Assembly (NCBI GenBank): GCA_040752695.1
Contig: JBFMGO010000061.1
Coordinates: 1 to 33,886, forward strand
Direction of reading: 5' to 3'
Origin: a bacterium
Lineage (GTDB): Bacteria > SZUA-182 > DTGQ01
DNA: 33,886 nt
The notes beneath the pieces were generated by a model that was not told where the DNA came from, ran no database searches, and saw nothing but the letters and a program-made list of their open reading frames with translations. Numbering within the stretch: the stretch's first letter is position 1; each line of letters begins with the position of its first letter. Shown piece after piece: positions 19,001-26,503 of this stretch. The position numbers were made by a program, and so were the translations under genes.

Positions 19001-21819
19001 GCTCCATCGGTTCCTACGATCCGAATCTCAAGATGTCCGGCGCAGGCTTTGGCCCGCTGAATCACATTTTAAATACTGAAGAGCTGGAATATACCATCTA
19101 CTTTGAAAATCAAAAGGAGGCCCTCGCATCGGCTCAACGGGTCACGGTCACTGACCATTTGAGTTCGAACCTCGACTGGTCTACCTTCGAATTGGGTGCT
19201 ATGGAATTTGGCCCTCATCAGGTCGAGGTGCCGGCAGGGCTCAACTCCTATTCCACACGGATCGATCTTCGTCCGCAAGGCAATAACCTTTTGGTGGATA
19301 TCGAGGCTGATTTTGATCCTGCCACCGGCCTTGCCAGTTGGACTTTTTCTGCCATCGATCCTGCCACGGGCGAGTTTACCGAAGATCCCCTGGCGGGATT
19401 TTTACCACCCAATGGCGATAACCACGAGGGAGAGGGGTATGTCAAATTCAAGATCAAGCCCAAGGCCGGTCTTCCCACCGGAGCGGTGATCGAAAATGTA
19501 GCTACCATCATCTTCGATTGGAACCCTCCCATAGATACGCCGTTGATATTTAACACCATCGATGCCGGAGCACCCGAAAGCCAGGTCTTACCCCTGCCTG
19601 AGCAGTCCAAGGAGAGCTTTATCGTGACCTGGACTGGCAGGGACGATGCGGGCGGGTCTGGCGTGGCAGCCTATGATATTTATTTTTCTGAAAATGGTGC
19701 CGAGCCCAAACTGTGGCTTTCGCAAACTCAGGCCCAAGGTGGTATGTTTGCGGGCCAGGGAGGCAAAACCTATGCCTTTTTCAGCCAGGCCGCAGATAAT
19801 GTGGGCAACCGTGAGCAGGCTCCGGCACAGCCCGATGCCAGAACCAGAACTTTAGTCAATGCTCCACCCTTAGCTCCATCTGTCAACCTCCCCGGACGGA
19901 TGAGCTCAGTTACCACCCTGACTCCAATCCTGTCAGTCAATAACGGCCACGATCCGGATGGAGATCCCTTGAGCTATGAATTCGAAATCTATCTGAATCC
20001 TGACCTCACGCCACCGGCGATCGCCTCAGTCAAGGGGCTGCCGGAAGGGGCTCCCATCACCTCCTGGCAGTTGGAAACCGCCCTTATAGAGAACACCTGG
20101 TACTCCTGGCGGGCCAGGGCCTTTGATGGCGTGTCATACAGCGAGTGGATGCAGGCGGCAACCTTCGTAGTGAATCTGGAGGATAAAGAGTTGACTGCAT
20201 CCGACCGGAATTTCAAGCTCGTTGGCGCAGGGTTTGGCCCCATGAATCATGTTTCAGGAACTGAAGATCTGGAATATGGTATCTTTTTCGAGAACGATAA
20301 GGAGGCTCCCGCATCGGCTCAACGGGTCACGGTCACTGACCATTTGAGTCCGGACCTCGACTGGTCTACCTTCGAATTGGGTGCTATGGAGTTTGGCCCT
20401 CATCGGGTCGAGGTACCGGCAGGGCTCAACTCCTATTCCATACGGATCGATCTTCGTCCGCAAGGCAATAACCTTTTTGTGGATATCGAGGCTGATTTTG
20501 ATCCTGCCACCGGCCTTGCCAGTTGGACTTTTTCTGCCATCGATCCTGATACGGGCGAGTTTACCGAAGATCCCACGGCAGGATTTTTACCGCCCAATGG
20601 CGATAACCACGTGGGAGAAGGGTATGTCAAATTCAAGATCATGCCCAAGGCCGGTCTTCCCACCGGAGCGGTGATCGATAACATAGCTACTATCACCTTC
20701 AACTGGAACCCTCCCATAGATACGCCGAGGATTTTGAACACTATCGATGCGGGAGCGCCCGAAAGCCAGGTTTTACCCCTACCTGAAGAGTCTTCGCAGC
20801 ACTTTGCCGTAACCTGGACCGGTCAGGACGATGCAGGCGGATCGGGTGTAGCGGCCTATGATATTTATTTTTCTGAAAACGGTGCCGAGCCCAAACTGTG
20901 GCTTTCGCAAACTCAGGCCCAAAGTGGCATATTTACAGGCCAGGGAGGCAAAACCTATGCCTTCTTCAGCCGGGCCGCAGATTATGTGGGCAACCGTGAG
21001 CAGGCTCCGGCACAGCCCGATGCCAGAACCAAAATTTTAGTCAATGCTCCGCCTCCAGCTCCATCTGTCAACCTCCCCGGCCGGATGAGTACAGTTCCTA
21101 CCCTGACTCCAGTCCTGTCAGTCAATAACAGCCACGATCCGGATGGGAATTCCTTGAGCTATGAATTTGAAATCTATCCGAATCCTGATCTCACGCCACC
21201 GGTAATCGCCTCAGTCAAGGGGCTGCTGCCGGAAGGGGCTCCCATCACCTCCTGGCAGTTGGAAACCGCCCTCATGGAGAACATCTGGTACTCCTGGCGG
21301 GCCAGGGCCTTTGATGGCGTGTCATACAGCGAGTGGATGCAGGCGGCAACCTTTGTCGTAAAACAGGCAGGGATCTGCAATGGTCTGGATAACGATGGAG
21401 ATGGCCGGGTGGATGAGGGTGTACAAAATACCTACTATGCAGATGGCGACGGGGATGGTTATGGTAATGCCTTACGGAGCATACAGGCTTGCTCTGCTCC
21501 TTTTGGGTATGTCGAGGACAATACCGACTGTAACGATACGGATCAAAATATCCATCCGGGGGCCCCCGAAATTCCCTGCAACGAAAGGGACGATGATTGC
21601 GAAGGAGGGGATCTGTGTGAAGAAATCTGTAACGGAGACCTTAATGGGGATGGAAAGATCACCCCGGTTGATGCGCTGATTGCTTTCAAGTGTTCCCTTG
21701 GGTCCGGCCCCTGCCCTGACTGCTCTGATGCGAACCAGGATGACCGCGTCACTTCAGAAGATGCACTTTATATATTAAATCAATACCTTATACTTTCCAT
21801 GCCCTGGCCAGACGAGTAG
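10066..21819 (+). CDS. Giant (3917 aa) secreted modular surface protein/adhesin
   Basis: Signal peptide; FN3-like domain; chitobiase-C-type domain (IHYTVDGSEP); 4 Ig-like repeats with DQDGDG Ca-loops; 14 CARDB repeats (PDL.V..W.V.N.G..W.D.VYLS..E..NN); PPC-like domain; SYDPN module duplicated; MopE-like CNGLDNDGDGRVDEG/DCND motifs; type-I dockerin-like C-terminus. GGAGG RBS. Confidence 0.9.
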   Translation: MEGFWRKLWIVIILSLSLFIGVSATDQGQALGQRTGDAAFPRSTAVRYDFASSGPPAISDIRESNRTPSAITISWLTSTDSPGEVHYSPGSSLASSYETATDNRTGQIHWVELSGLQVNQTYHYEVQSGTMIDNNSGRYYQFTTTPIAEVCSNYFIGGRVVKPDQSPLPEALVLVTVNQYGIVSDSLSVVTNRYGYWFINLADLKSSSTGNQLCAARDDEVSIEIVGPEGWWGEDVRLVDDLTEKKYYVLCATNEERTVATPEISASSVTSPGFMTVGITCTTSRAEIHYTVDGSEPDERSPVYTVPLSLGSGTAIKAKGYRAGWQTSDIASFTVTVDLQGPRIVACSATGKVKPPIQHIDVTFDEAVDSVSFQGEDVSIIGPGGTIFPDSIAILDSNSSRITFPEQKLAGDYQVIIGPGICDLAGNVMDQDKDLVNGEKKDDRYTAQFSLLPGLRIIAVTPTGDQTSPVNSITLTFNQEINPATLTNDGLFVITPDGRKNFFGHPNPAGSTDQATTYSLSYYTSMAGTYHIYVGPRIESVDGLAMDQDGDGLIGEDNEDRYHATFTIIDTTGPRITYIRPSGMIINPPVRSFDIAFNEAVDPFSFKAEDVSIQGPSGKIIPDSVAMSPSNERAFLVTIPPQQADGVYQIAIGPQVLDLAGNPMDQNRDGLKGETSFDQYSSTFTIDATGPKIIATSVTGIQNGAVRTIDITFNEPIKSFPSYSTVTITGPPGAIKVYSIYSVNYPCDTFRITLSPYQMDGTYQVEIKPLMVDYGGNALDQDGDGTKGEASDDVYRFTFVQQLPDLAVTEISHPDKARSQVEITWKVINEGLGQASGQWTDTVYLSNDQALGSDDSVLAEGQIEKPLDAGQSYTRTLTVTLPATDGLRWIIVKTNSQGTLDEQKGVGVNNTLVAAAPIWITGQSFPDLQVKEIAVPGVLHPGEYGILSWTIENTGDASIGANSSWYDTLYLSLDTNIDSGDIELARIQKAYSSLAPGTSYTQSRQINIPSLTPEDSYYLLVKTDAYNTVEEFLQENNNIGQSSGKVKVEKPLPPYLHVDYVHAPEAVRQGQTIPVEWKITNTGEQEAQGIYGHDIAFSLDDVYTAADTRLIRTSQSYPVILPGSSQTGSASVTIPNYPPGTYYLFFIPDSLGKSNVVGRNYGMTEITLPFPDLSISSLSSPDSAFSGQEIALRWYGENKGDGSTTTAAWMDAIYLSEDTIVDETDLKLGSLTRKGSLDSGQGYDASYFVKLPSAIEGNYYILVKTDDNDQVKESNEEDNITSSTLIAISLPPAPDLRVESFTAPSEGFCGKAIWVDWKVGNAGTAPAPGAWTDAVYLSQDGTFDSPDTLLGTFDHLESLPAGETYGPGAPQQIMLPDRIEGTHYLFFVTNNGESEKNNISVPQKITLACPAPDLRVDYFTFPSEGFIIADQTIVQVDWKVSNAGTAPALGTWTDAIYLSKDSVFDSSDILLSTFTHPGPLEKGAGYGPDTSQRIRFPDRTEGDYYLFFVSDSGENVYEKESETNNISSPYPVTLISFAPDLMADTFTAPSEGIAGQPVQVDWQVINAGTDYAVGIWTDAVYLSRNNVFDSSDMLLSAFAHSESLKKGAAYGPETPQDIMLPDLIEGGYYLFFVTDKDKNIYEKESETNNISSPHPITVTYPVPDLMVDTFTAPSEGIASIQADWQVINAGTAPASGTWTDAIYLSEDSTFDSSDVLLSAFTHSQYLEKGAAYGPGTPQEIILPDRIEGSYYLFFVTDDHENVYEKGSETNNISSPHPITVTCPAPDLIVDNFTTLSEGIAGQPIQVDWKVSNAGAAPALGSWTDAIYLSEDNTFDSSDVLLSAFTHSEYLEKGASYGPETPQDIMLPDHIEGTYYLFYTTGGKIPQNDAVLTVWAKGDFYEYYGYVTVYADGIELGVIYNTATQCCGRFNKAQITIPRDDFLPLIQDGEITFVLQTSAYVNCCCDFQAYLSLHYELNDSSGSYMFDEKTETRSSGHYGGSITFTLKDKNIYGKESEKNNVSQAQPISPTKTADLQVQTASAPDMAVAGSVIGVDWTILNGGDAAAKRWQDRIYLSDDADFDSGSDRLCGAFDQTETLEPGKSTGPPMRPAFIRIPDRLAGTCYLFVVTDAQDFVYEKKAGEANNVFVVPRPVKIIVHPSDLQVTTVNAPLTARAGTSIDISWTVQNKGVRETDETSWKDGVYLSADETFNPASDIALGLLSHSEALPAGAAYSQSASFSLRRELAGTYYVYVAADALHQVYEYDKEGNNTTSSPGTMQIVPVQADLEVSSLTVPLVGYQDKPMEISWSVTNTGPETTQGSSWNDTVYLSANKEMTASYSHLVTLGHQGALAGGESYSVTRTVKVPSWWQVGDCYLVIKTDSGSLNNIYEYDGEENNTTFAPLTIDLPPTPDLKVTDIKVADTAWSGQNMRVAWTVTNEGPVPATEGSWNDTVYLSKDPYLDPGTDPPLGNAVHQGVLDANVSYTQSLEPKLPDLIQGTYYLIVATDSSDPDHVFERDKEDNNTLVSLSTVQINLTPPADLTIHSVTPPVSGIYGEPATWSYEVKNAGELPAAGTWYDTLYLSSDQEWTLGDERIARIRHEGDIGPGQRYTGTFPADLPAVIPGNYYVIACTDIFDDVQETDNENNTAVSIGQLTVEGRELIPDRPESGTIGKGQSIYYQITPEAGQQDIVVTLSGAARESVEVFAACGKVPKRSDYDTKAETAASGDLRVRLSGTCSSVYYILVYGYRCPDHPAPSFELNAVLPGHSISGISVSEGGNTGPVTIAVTGYNFAPETTAFLRDASGTTIDRGIVYFRDSGFLSATFDLEGKAAGSYRLELENPDGSLCSTGFQVVQGKGGNLFSRLVVPNVVRNRRTCTLVLEYGNTGDADLPAPLFTISGNSLIQLRLSSSLSSQQYNPLTIPGTARENPKDVLPPGSFYSIEVEFVINGSWGGSISYVSSYFLYLRTSGYSQVQAYPVSSIGSYDPNLKMSGAGFGPLNHILNTEELEYTIYFENQKEALASAQRVTVTDHLSSNLDWSTFELGAMEFGPHQVEVPAGLNSYSTRIDLRPQGNNLLVDIEADFDPATGLASWTFSAIDPATGEFTEDPLAGFLPPNGDNHEGEGYVKFKIKPKAGLPTGAVIENVATIIFDWNPPIDTPLIFNTIDAGAPESQVLPLPEQSKESFIVTWTGRDDAGGSGVAAYDIYFSENGAEPKLWLSQTQAQGGMFAGQGGKTYAFFSQAADNVGNREQAPAQPDARTRTLVNAPPLAPSVNLPGRMSSVTTLTPILSVNNGHDPDGDPLSYEFEIYLNPDLTPPAIASVKGLPEGAPITSWQLETALIENTWYSWRARAFDGVSYSEWMQAATFVVNLEDKELTASDRNFKLVGAGFGPMNHVSGTEDLEYGIFFENDKEAPASAQRVTVTDHLSPDLDWSTFELGAMEFGPHRVEVPAGLNSYSIRIDLRPQGNNLFVDIEADFDPATGLASWTFSAIDPDTGEFTEDPTAGFLPPNGDNHVGEGYVKFKIMPKAGLPTGAVIDNIATITFNWNPPIDTPRILNTIDAGAPESQVLPLPEESSQHFAVTWTGQDDAGGSGVAAYDIYFSENGAEPKLWLSQTQAQSGIFTGQGGKTYAFFSRAADYVGNREQAPAQPDARTKILVNAPPPAPSVNLPGRMSTVPTLTPVLSVNNSHDPDGNSLSYEFEIYPNPDLTPPVIASVKGLLPEGAPITSWQLETALMENIWYSWRARAFDGVSYSEWMQAATFVVKQAGICNGLDNDGDGRVDEGVQNTYYADGDGDGYGNALRSIQACSAPFGYVEDNTDCNDTDQNIHPGAPEIPCNERDDDCEGGDLCEEICNGDLNGDGKITPVDALIAFKCSLGSGPCPDCSDANQDDRVTSEDALYILNQYLILSMPWPDE
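13942..15700 (+). repeat. Five highly similar tandem CARDB-coding repeats (about 354-381 bp period)
   Basis: Units start near 13942, 14296, 14677, 15049 and 15415 and share long DNA tracts such as tggacagatgcc(a/g)tatacctgtc and ttcgatagc. Confidence 0.85.
19039..21360 (+). repeat. Near-identical intragenic tandem duplication (offset 1185 bp, 395 aa)
   Basis: Copy 1 about 19039-20169, copy 2 about 20224-21360; long identical DNA stretches; copy 2 has one extra CTG codon (KGLLPEG). Confidence 0.92.
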
Positions 21820-21859
21820 AAAGGCGGGTAAAAATCGGGTAAAATAGGTGGCATCCCAT

Positions 21860-21877
21860 TCTCGGAGCTTTCCGAGA
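21860..21877. terminator. Small hairpin between convergent genes
   Basis: TCTCGGA-GCTT-TCCGAGA, 7-bp stem with no clear U tract. Confidence 0.25.
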
Positions 21878-21919
21878 GCGTGGATCTATCTGCCTGTGCT
21901 CCCCAGCCTCGCTGTAATG

Positions 21920-23272
21920 CTATGAGGGATTGCAGTCAATGTTATATTTTTCCATGAGGTCATATACGGTAGATCTTGCCACACCGAGACTTTTGGCTAC
22001 CTTCGATAAATTGCCCTGATAATTTTTAAGGCTGTTTAAGAGCATCTCTTTTTCTATCCTTTCCCGGGCATCCTTGAGAGTCAATCTTTCCTCTCTCAAG
22101 GTGCGGCCATAACCAATGCCCAAATCTTCCGGAGTGATATATTTACCGGATGAGAGAGCGAGTGCTCTTCTTATCTTATTTTCTAATTCCCTTATATTTC
22201 CCGGCCATCCATATCCCTTGATTGCCTTAACAGATTGGGAACTTAACCTTTTTATACTTTTTCCCATCTCCTGGCAGAATTTTTCCAGCAAAAAATCAGC
22301 TATCAAGATAACATCATCTTCTCTTTCCCGTAATGGAGGCAATTCGACCGTTACTCCATTGAGCCTGTAGTAAATATCTTCACGGAAATTTCCTTTATTT
22401 ATTTCTTGCTCCAGGTTTTTATTGCTGGCTGCGATAACTCTCACCTCTATGGGTATGAATTCAATCCCGCCAAGCCGCTGTATCTGCCTCTCCTGCAAAA
22501 ACCTCAATAACTTGACCTGCAAATTAAGAGGCAACTCCGCAATCTCATCAAAAAAGAGAGTCCCCTTATGAGCAAGTTCAACTTTCCCTATTTTTTGCGT
22601 GTGGGCATCGGTAAATGCCCCTTTCTCATGGCCGAATAGTTCACTTTCCAAAAGCGTTTCCGGGATTGCTCCGGAGTCGATCGGGATAAATGCCTGCCTT
22701 TTGCTTTGCCTGTGGATAGCTCGAGCCACCAATTCCTTTCCTGTTCCGCTTTCTCCATGGATAAGGACCGCTATATCCGTTTTGGCTACTTTCCTTATCA
22801 TATTGATGACTTCTTTAATCTTCCTGCAATTACCCAGGATGCCAAAGGAGCTGCCATCTTCGATGGATTGAAGGTGCTTATTTTCCATCTCTAACATCCT
22901 GATGTAAAAGGCTCGCTTTAAAATAACTTTCAATTCTTGAAGGTCTATAGGTTTGACGTAATAATCATAGGCACCGAGCCGCAAAGAATGCAAGGCACTT
23001 TCTTTGCCGTCGTGACCGGTTATCATGACGACTTTTGCATAGGGGTCATACAGGATGATTTCTTCGAGCACCTTAAAACCCTGTTCATGGTCATCCGTAG
23101 AAGATAAGTTGAGGTCAAGCGCTACGATATCCGGTTTATGCTCACTAAATTTTGTTATGGCATCTTTACACTCAGAAGCGGTAATCACCTCATACTCATT
23201 ATTGAGCCCCCACTGCATCTGCCTGCAAATATATTCTTCATCGTCAACAACAAGCAATTTAGGTTTACTCAT
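21920..23272 (-). CDS. prsR: PEP-CTERM-box sigma-54-dependent response regulator (REC-AAA+-HTH)
   Basis: KPKLLVVDD, ALDLNL, GESGTGKE, ESELFGHEKGAFTDA, WPGNIRELEN and Fis-type HTH (ARSTVYDLMEKY); lies next to prsK and PEP-CTERM genes. Confidence 0.88.
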   Translation of the reverse strand: MSKPKLLVVDDEEYICRQMQWGLNNEYEVITASECKDAITKFSEHKPDIVALDLNLSSTDDHEQGFKVLEEIILYDPYAKVVMITGHDGKESALHSLRLGAYDYYVKPIDLQELKVILKRAFYIRMLEMENKHLQSIEDGSSFGILGNCRKIKEVINMIRKVAKTDIAVLIHGESGTGKELVARAIHRQSKRQAFIPIDSGAIPETLLESELFGHEKGAFTDAHTQKIGKVELAHKGTLFFDEIAELPLNLQVKLLRFLQERQIQRLGGIEFIPIEVRVIAASNKNLEQEINKGNFREDIYYRLNGVTVELPPLREREDDVILIADFLLEKFCQEMGKSIKRLSSQSVKAIKGYGWPGNIRELENKIRRALALSSGKYITPEDLGIGYGRTLREERLTLKDARERIEKEMLLNSLKNYQGNLSKVAKSLGVARSTVYDLMEKYNIDCNPS

Positions 23273-23356
23273 CTCTCTCTCCATCCCTTCCGCTGCCTGC
23301 CCATGGCAGTGCTCCTCTTGAAGAGCCAAAGCCGGTGGAAGGCGGCAGGTATCTCA

Positions 23357-24124
23357 TCAGGCAGGGTTTCTCTTTGTACCAATGATTCTTTTTTTTGCCA
23401 TCATTCCTTTCCCTATCAAGGGGATTATACTTAAGATGAAAAGCCAGAAAGTGGAAGGCTCAGGAACTGGGGAAGATCCCCCTGGGGCGTCGGCATCGTG
23501 TGAATACGGAGAAACCCTCTTCCAACTTTTCCCTTTATCCAGGTCCCACGCAACTCCGCTCAGATCCATGTGCAGCCAGAAAAAGCCTGAATAGGAAACA
23601 GTATAAAATTGAAGATCCCCTGTGTCAGCGGTACCCGGATTATCAGGATCAAAGTTGTATGCGTAATTGTAGACATACTCGCCAGCAGCGGCAGCCTCAA
23701 GATCAGGTAGCCGGTATTCCAGGTAATAAGCATCGTAGATGCCGTGTCGCGATAAAGGATCAGGAGTCCCAAACCGAACTGAACCAATTGGTTCTACGAT
23801 ACTTCCTGATGCATCTTTAATGGTAACAGTGCCGGTTTGGTTATTGAGATAATCCTCCTCCTGGATGGCAATCCATAAGGTTACATCCTTGATAATATCA
23901 ACCCTGTTCGGTTGAGTTGCTCCGGCAACTACAAGACTGAAGGGATCCTGCAAAGTCAGCCAGCTATCGGTAACCTCTACTCCGTTAATTTCCCTTGATT
24001 GCGCATAGACGGCATCCGGCAGATAAAGTTGAAGGGTAGGAACTGCGCCCACATGAACTACACTGGCAAACAGCAAAATCATACTGGTAATGCCATATAG
24101 TAAACTTATTTTGGTGCTTTCCAT
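23357..24124 (-). CDS. PEP-CTERM protein, choice-of-anchor N-like
   Basis: Signal peptide; VPTLQLY start of the mature chain and PYSHDA end motif; VPEPST, then hydrophobic helix and basic tail. Confidence 0.8.
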   Translation of the reverse strand: MESTKISLLYGITSMILLFASVVHVGAVPTLQLYLPDAVYAQSREINGVEVTDSWLTLQDPFSLVVAGATQPNRVDIIKDVTLWIAIQEEDYLNNQTGTVTIKDASGSIVEPIGSVRFGTPDPLSRHGIYDAYYLEYRLPDLEAAAAGEYVYNYAYNFDPDNPGTADTGDLQFYTVSYSGFFWLHMDLSGVAWDLDKGKSWKRVSPYSHDADAPGGSSPVPEPSTFWLFILSIIPLIGKGMMAKKRIIGTKRNPA

Positions 24125-24142
24125 TGCTTTTTCTCCTTCTCG

Positions 24143-24198
24143 TTATTATCCTCTGATTACTATCTGTAGGTTACTATCCATAGGTTAATATCCGTTTG
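24143..24198 (+). repeat. Four degenerate 14-bp tandem repeats at the prsK stop codon
   Basis: ttattatcctctga / ttactatctgtagg / ttactatccatagg / ttaatatccgtttg; the last unit contains the prsK stop. Confidence 0.65.
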
Positions 24199-26323
24199 GG
24201 GAGGATATATATTCCCTGGCACCCCAATTATCAACGGGTAAATATATCCAAAAAATGGTACCCATTCCCTCCTCACTTTCCACCTCTATCCTCCCGTCAT
24301 GGGCTGAGATAATCTGCTTGCATTGATAGAGGCCGATTCCCAATCCATTCTTTTTCGTTGTCTGAAAAGGTTTAAAAAGCTTATTGTTCAAAAATTCCCG
24401 TGACATTCCAGGTCCATTGTCTTTTACTTCAATGACTGCCGTTTTATCCTTGAAAAAGGTCGAAATCGAAACCTTCCCCCTGCCTTTCAGCGATTCCTGG
24501 GCATTGATAATGATATTACGGATTACACTCTGGATTTTCTCATGGTCCAGATTTATTTCAGGCAAATCAGCATACCCCTCAACTAACGCGATCCCGTTCG
24601 TGCCTAAACCGGTACTTTGGATGACCTCCTTCACCAATGCGGTAAGGTTGACTTTTGTCTTATTCAGCACTACTTCCTCAAGAGGTCTGGAAATCCTGAT
24701 CATAAGCTTATTCATATTGCCTATCGTTTTTGAAATTGTTTCTAAAACGTCTTTTTGGAATTCGACGTTACCCATATTCTGCGAGGCGTTTTGCACTATC
24801 AAAGAGAGCATTGAAACGAAATTTTTAAGATCATGGATGACGAAGGATGAAACCTTATTCATTACGGCCATTCCCTTGGCACAGGCAATCCGTTCGGACA
24901 GTTTAATATTCATAATGGCGCTTGCTGCCTGATGGCACATGGTCTTGAGCATATCATAGTCCTCATAGTTATAGACTGCGCCGGTTACCTCATCACCTAA
25001 GGAGAGAAAACCGATAAGTTCATCTTTGACCATGAGGGGACTGATCGTAGAGACTCTGTATCTGTCCCAGATTTCTTCATGATACCTTTTATATAGTTCA
25101 TCCAGTACGCTGTCAGATACTAAAGAGCCCATGGAAAGGGAAAAAGGCTCGGCTTTCTCCTCCAGGTACCTGATCAAAGGGCTGTTTTTATCAATCTCTG
25201 TTTCGTATTTCAGCAGGTGCCGTGTACTCGATAGGTGAAATTTTTTATCCTCGTCGTCATAAAGCCAAATTGCGATTTCACTCACACACATTGTTTCAGC
25301 TATGAGTTCCATAAATTCTCCCAATAAATCATTGAGATCGACAACGGCACTGATCCTGTTGGTTAACTCGATCCACTCGAACCGATAATCAAACTTGTTA
25401 CGGTAAAAATGCCGGTCAATAAACCTCTTGGCCATCTTTCTGTTTTTTTCGGATAAACAAAAAATCGATAAAGCCACCAGGCTTGCAAGAACGAGAACCG
25501 GATAAAATACCAGATTAAAATTTATTCCTATGATTTTAATCAGTTCACCGGTAAAACCTACCAGAATAAGATAAATGCTTATCGCTATAAGAGTAAATGA
25601 TCCGTAAAATACCTGCCTTGAAACGAATATCTCGACATTCATCAATCGATGCCTGATAAAACTGAAGGCTAAAAACCACAAACAGATAAAAATAACTGTC
25701 GAGCCAATGGGAATATAGATCAAATCCACAAACCGAAAAAGGGCTACCCGGCTGATAAGATAAATGTAAAAGGTAAAGACAGCAAATAACCCTACGATGC
25801 TGTATTTAATCTGCCGCCTTTTGCTCCCCGAATTCAGGTAAACCATCTCTAAGTTACTCATGATAAAGGTGATAGTCAGCAGCAAAAAAGCGGTAAAGGC
25901 TCTTCCCGCTGTTCCTAAAAGGATAATGTTCTCATTCAAAGGGTCTGATGGCAGATAAATGAAAAGATCGAAGGGTATAAGAATGAGAAAACAAAATGTG
26001 AAGATGGAGATAAAAGACAGGATAACCTTTGATCTTTTCGATATTGTCTCGTAATTACACCTGGTAAAAACCATGCTGAATAAAGACCAACTGACAGGGA
26101 TGAGACAGCAGCCTGCCAGACTGATTCGGCCCCAATAAAGCATCTTCATTGGAGATGTGGAATTCAGAACCATCACGTTGCCAAATTCCATGATACCTAC
26201 GCTGAGCATAGCCAGGAAGAAGACCTTATTGGCAAAGTGGCTCCTTCCCTGATACAGGACAAAAAAAGCAAACAGAGGGATGGATATGCAATTAGCTAAT
26301 GTTGGAAGGGAATATACGTTCAT
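24185..26323 (-). CDS. prsK: PEP-CTERM system membrane histidine kinase
   Basis: Multi-TM N-terminus, FVSRQVFY, HFYRNKFDYRFEW, GAF domain, SFVIHDLKN H-box, DNGPGM and LFKPFQTTKKNGLGIGLYQC. Confidence 0.92.
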   Translation of the reverse strand: MNVYSLPTLANCISIPLFAFFVLYQGRSHFANKVFFLAMLSVGIMEFGNVMVLNSTSPMKMLYWGRISLAGCCLIPVSWSLFSMVFTRCNYETISKRSKVILSFISIFTFCFLILIPFDLFIYLPSDPLNENIILLGTAGRAFTAFLLLTITFIMSNLEMVYLNSGSKRRQIKYSIVGLFAVFTFYIYLISRVALFRFVDLIYIPIGSTVIFICLWFLAFSFIRHRLMNVEIFVSRQVFYGSFTLIAISIYLILVGFTGELIKIIGINFNLVFYPVLVLASLVALSIFCLSEKNRKMAKRFIDRHFYRNKFDYRFEWIELTNRISAVVDLNDLLGEFMELIAETMCVSEIAIWLYDDEDKKFHLSSTRHLLKYETEIDKNSPLIRYLEEKAEPFSLSMGSLVSDSVLDELYKRYHEEIWDRYRVSTISPLMVKDELIGFLSLGDEVTGAVYNYEDYDMLKTMCHQAASAIMNIKLSERIACAKGMAVMNKVSSFVIHDLKNFVSMLSLIVQNASQNMGNVEFQKDVLETISKTIGNMNKLMIRISRPLEEVVLNKTKVNLTALVKEVIQSTGLGTNGIALVEGYADLPEINLDHEKIQSVIRNIIINAQESLKGRGKVSISTFFKDKTAVIEVKDNGPGMSREFLNNKLFKPFQTTKKNGLGIGLYQCKQIISAHDGRIEVESEEGMGTIFWIYLPVDNWGAREYISSPNGY

Positions 26324-26486
26324 ACATTATAACCGATGCCCCGATACCTCCTCCCTTTTCTAAAGGGAGATGGAGAGATTTTCACTGGAGAATGCCCTTT
26401 TGGAAATAACGAAGGGAACCTGGATTCTGAAAAAGGTGCATTTTTGTCACCGGCTTACAAATACGTTATAGAGGCAGTTACAATTT

Positions 26487-26503
26487 TGTCGCTTCTGCTA
26501 ACA
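26487..26503. promoter_or_regulatory. TGT-N11-ACA candidate enhancer (PrsR-type box)
   Basis: TGTCGCTTCTGCTAACA, about 140 bp upstream of the sigma-54 site at 26641. Confidence 0.45.

Noticed and set aside
19039..21360. Diversity-generating retroelement TR/VR pair
   Set aside because: Both copies are in-frame coding and over 1 kb long, differences are not confined to adenines, and no reverse transcriptase is present.
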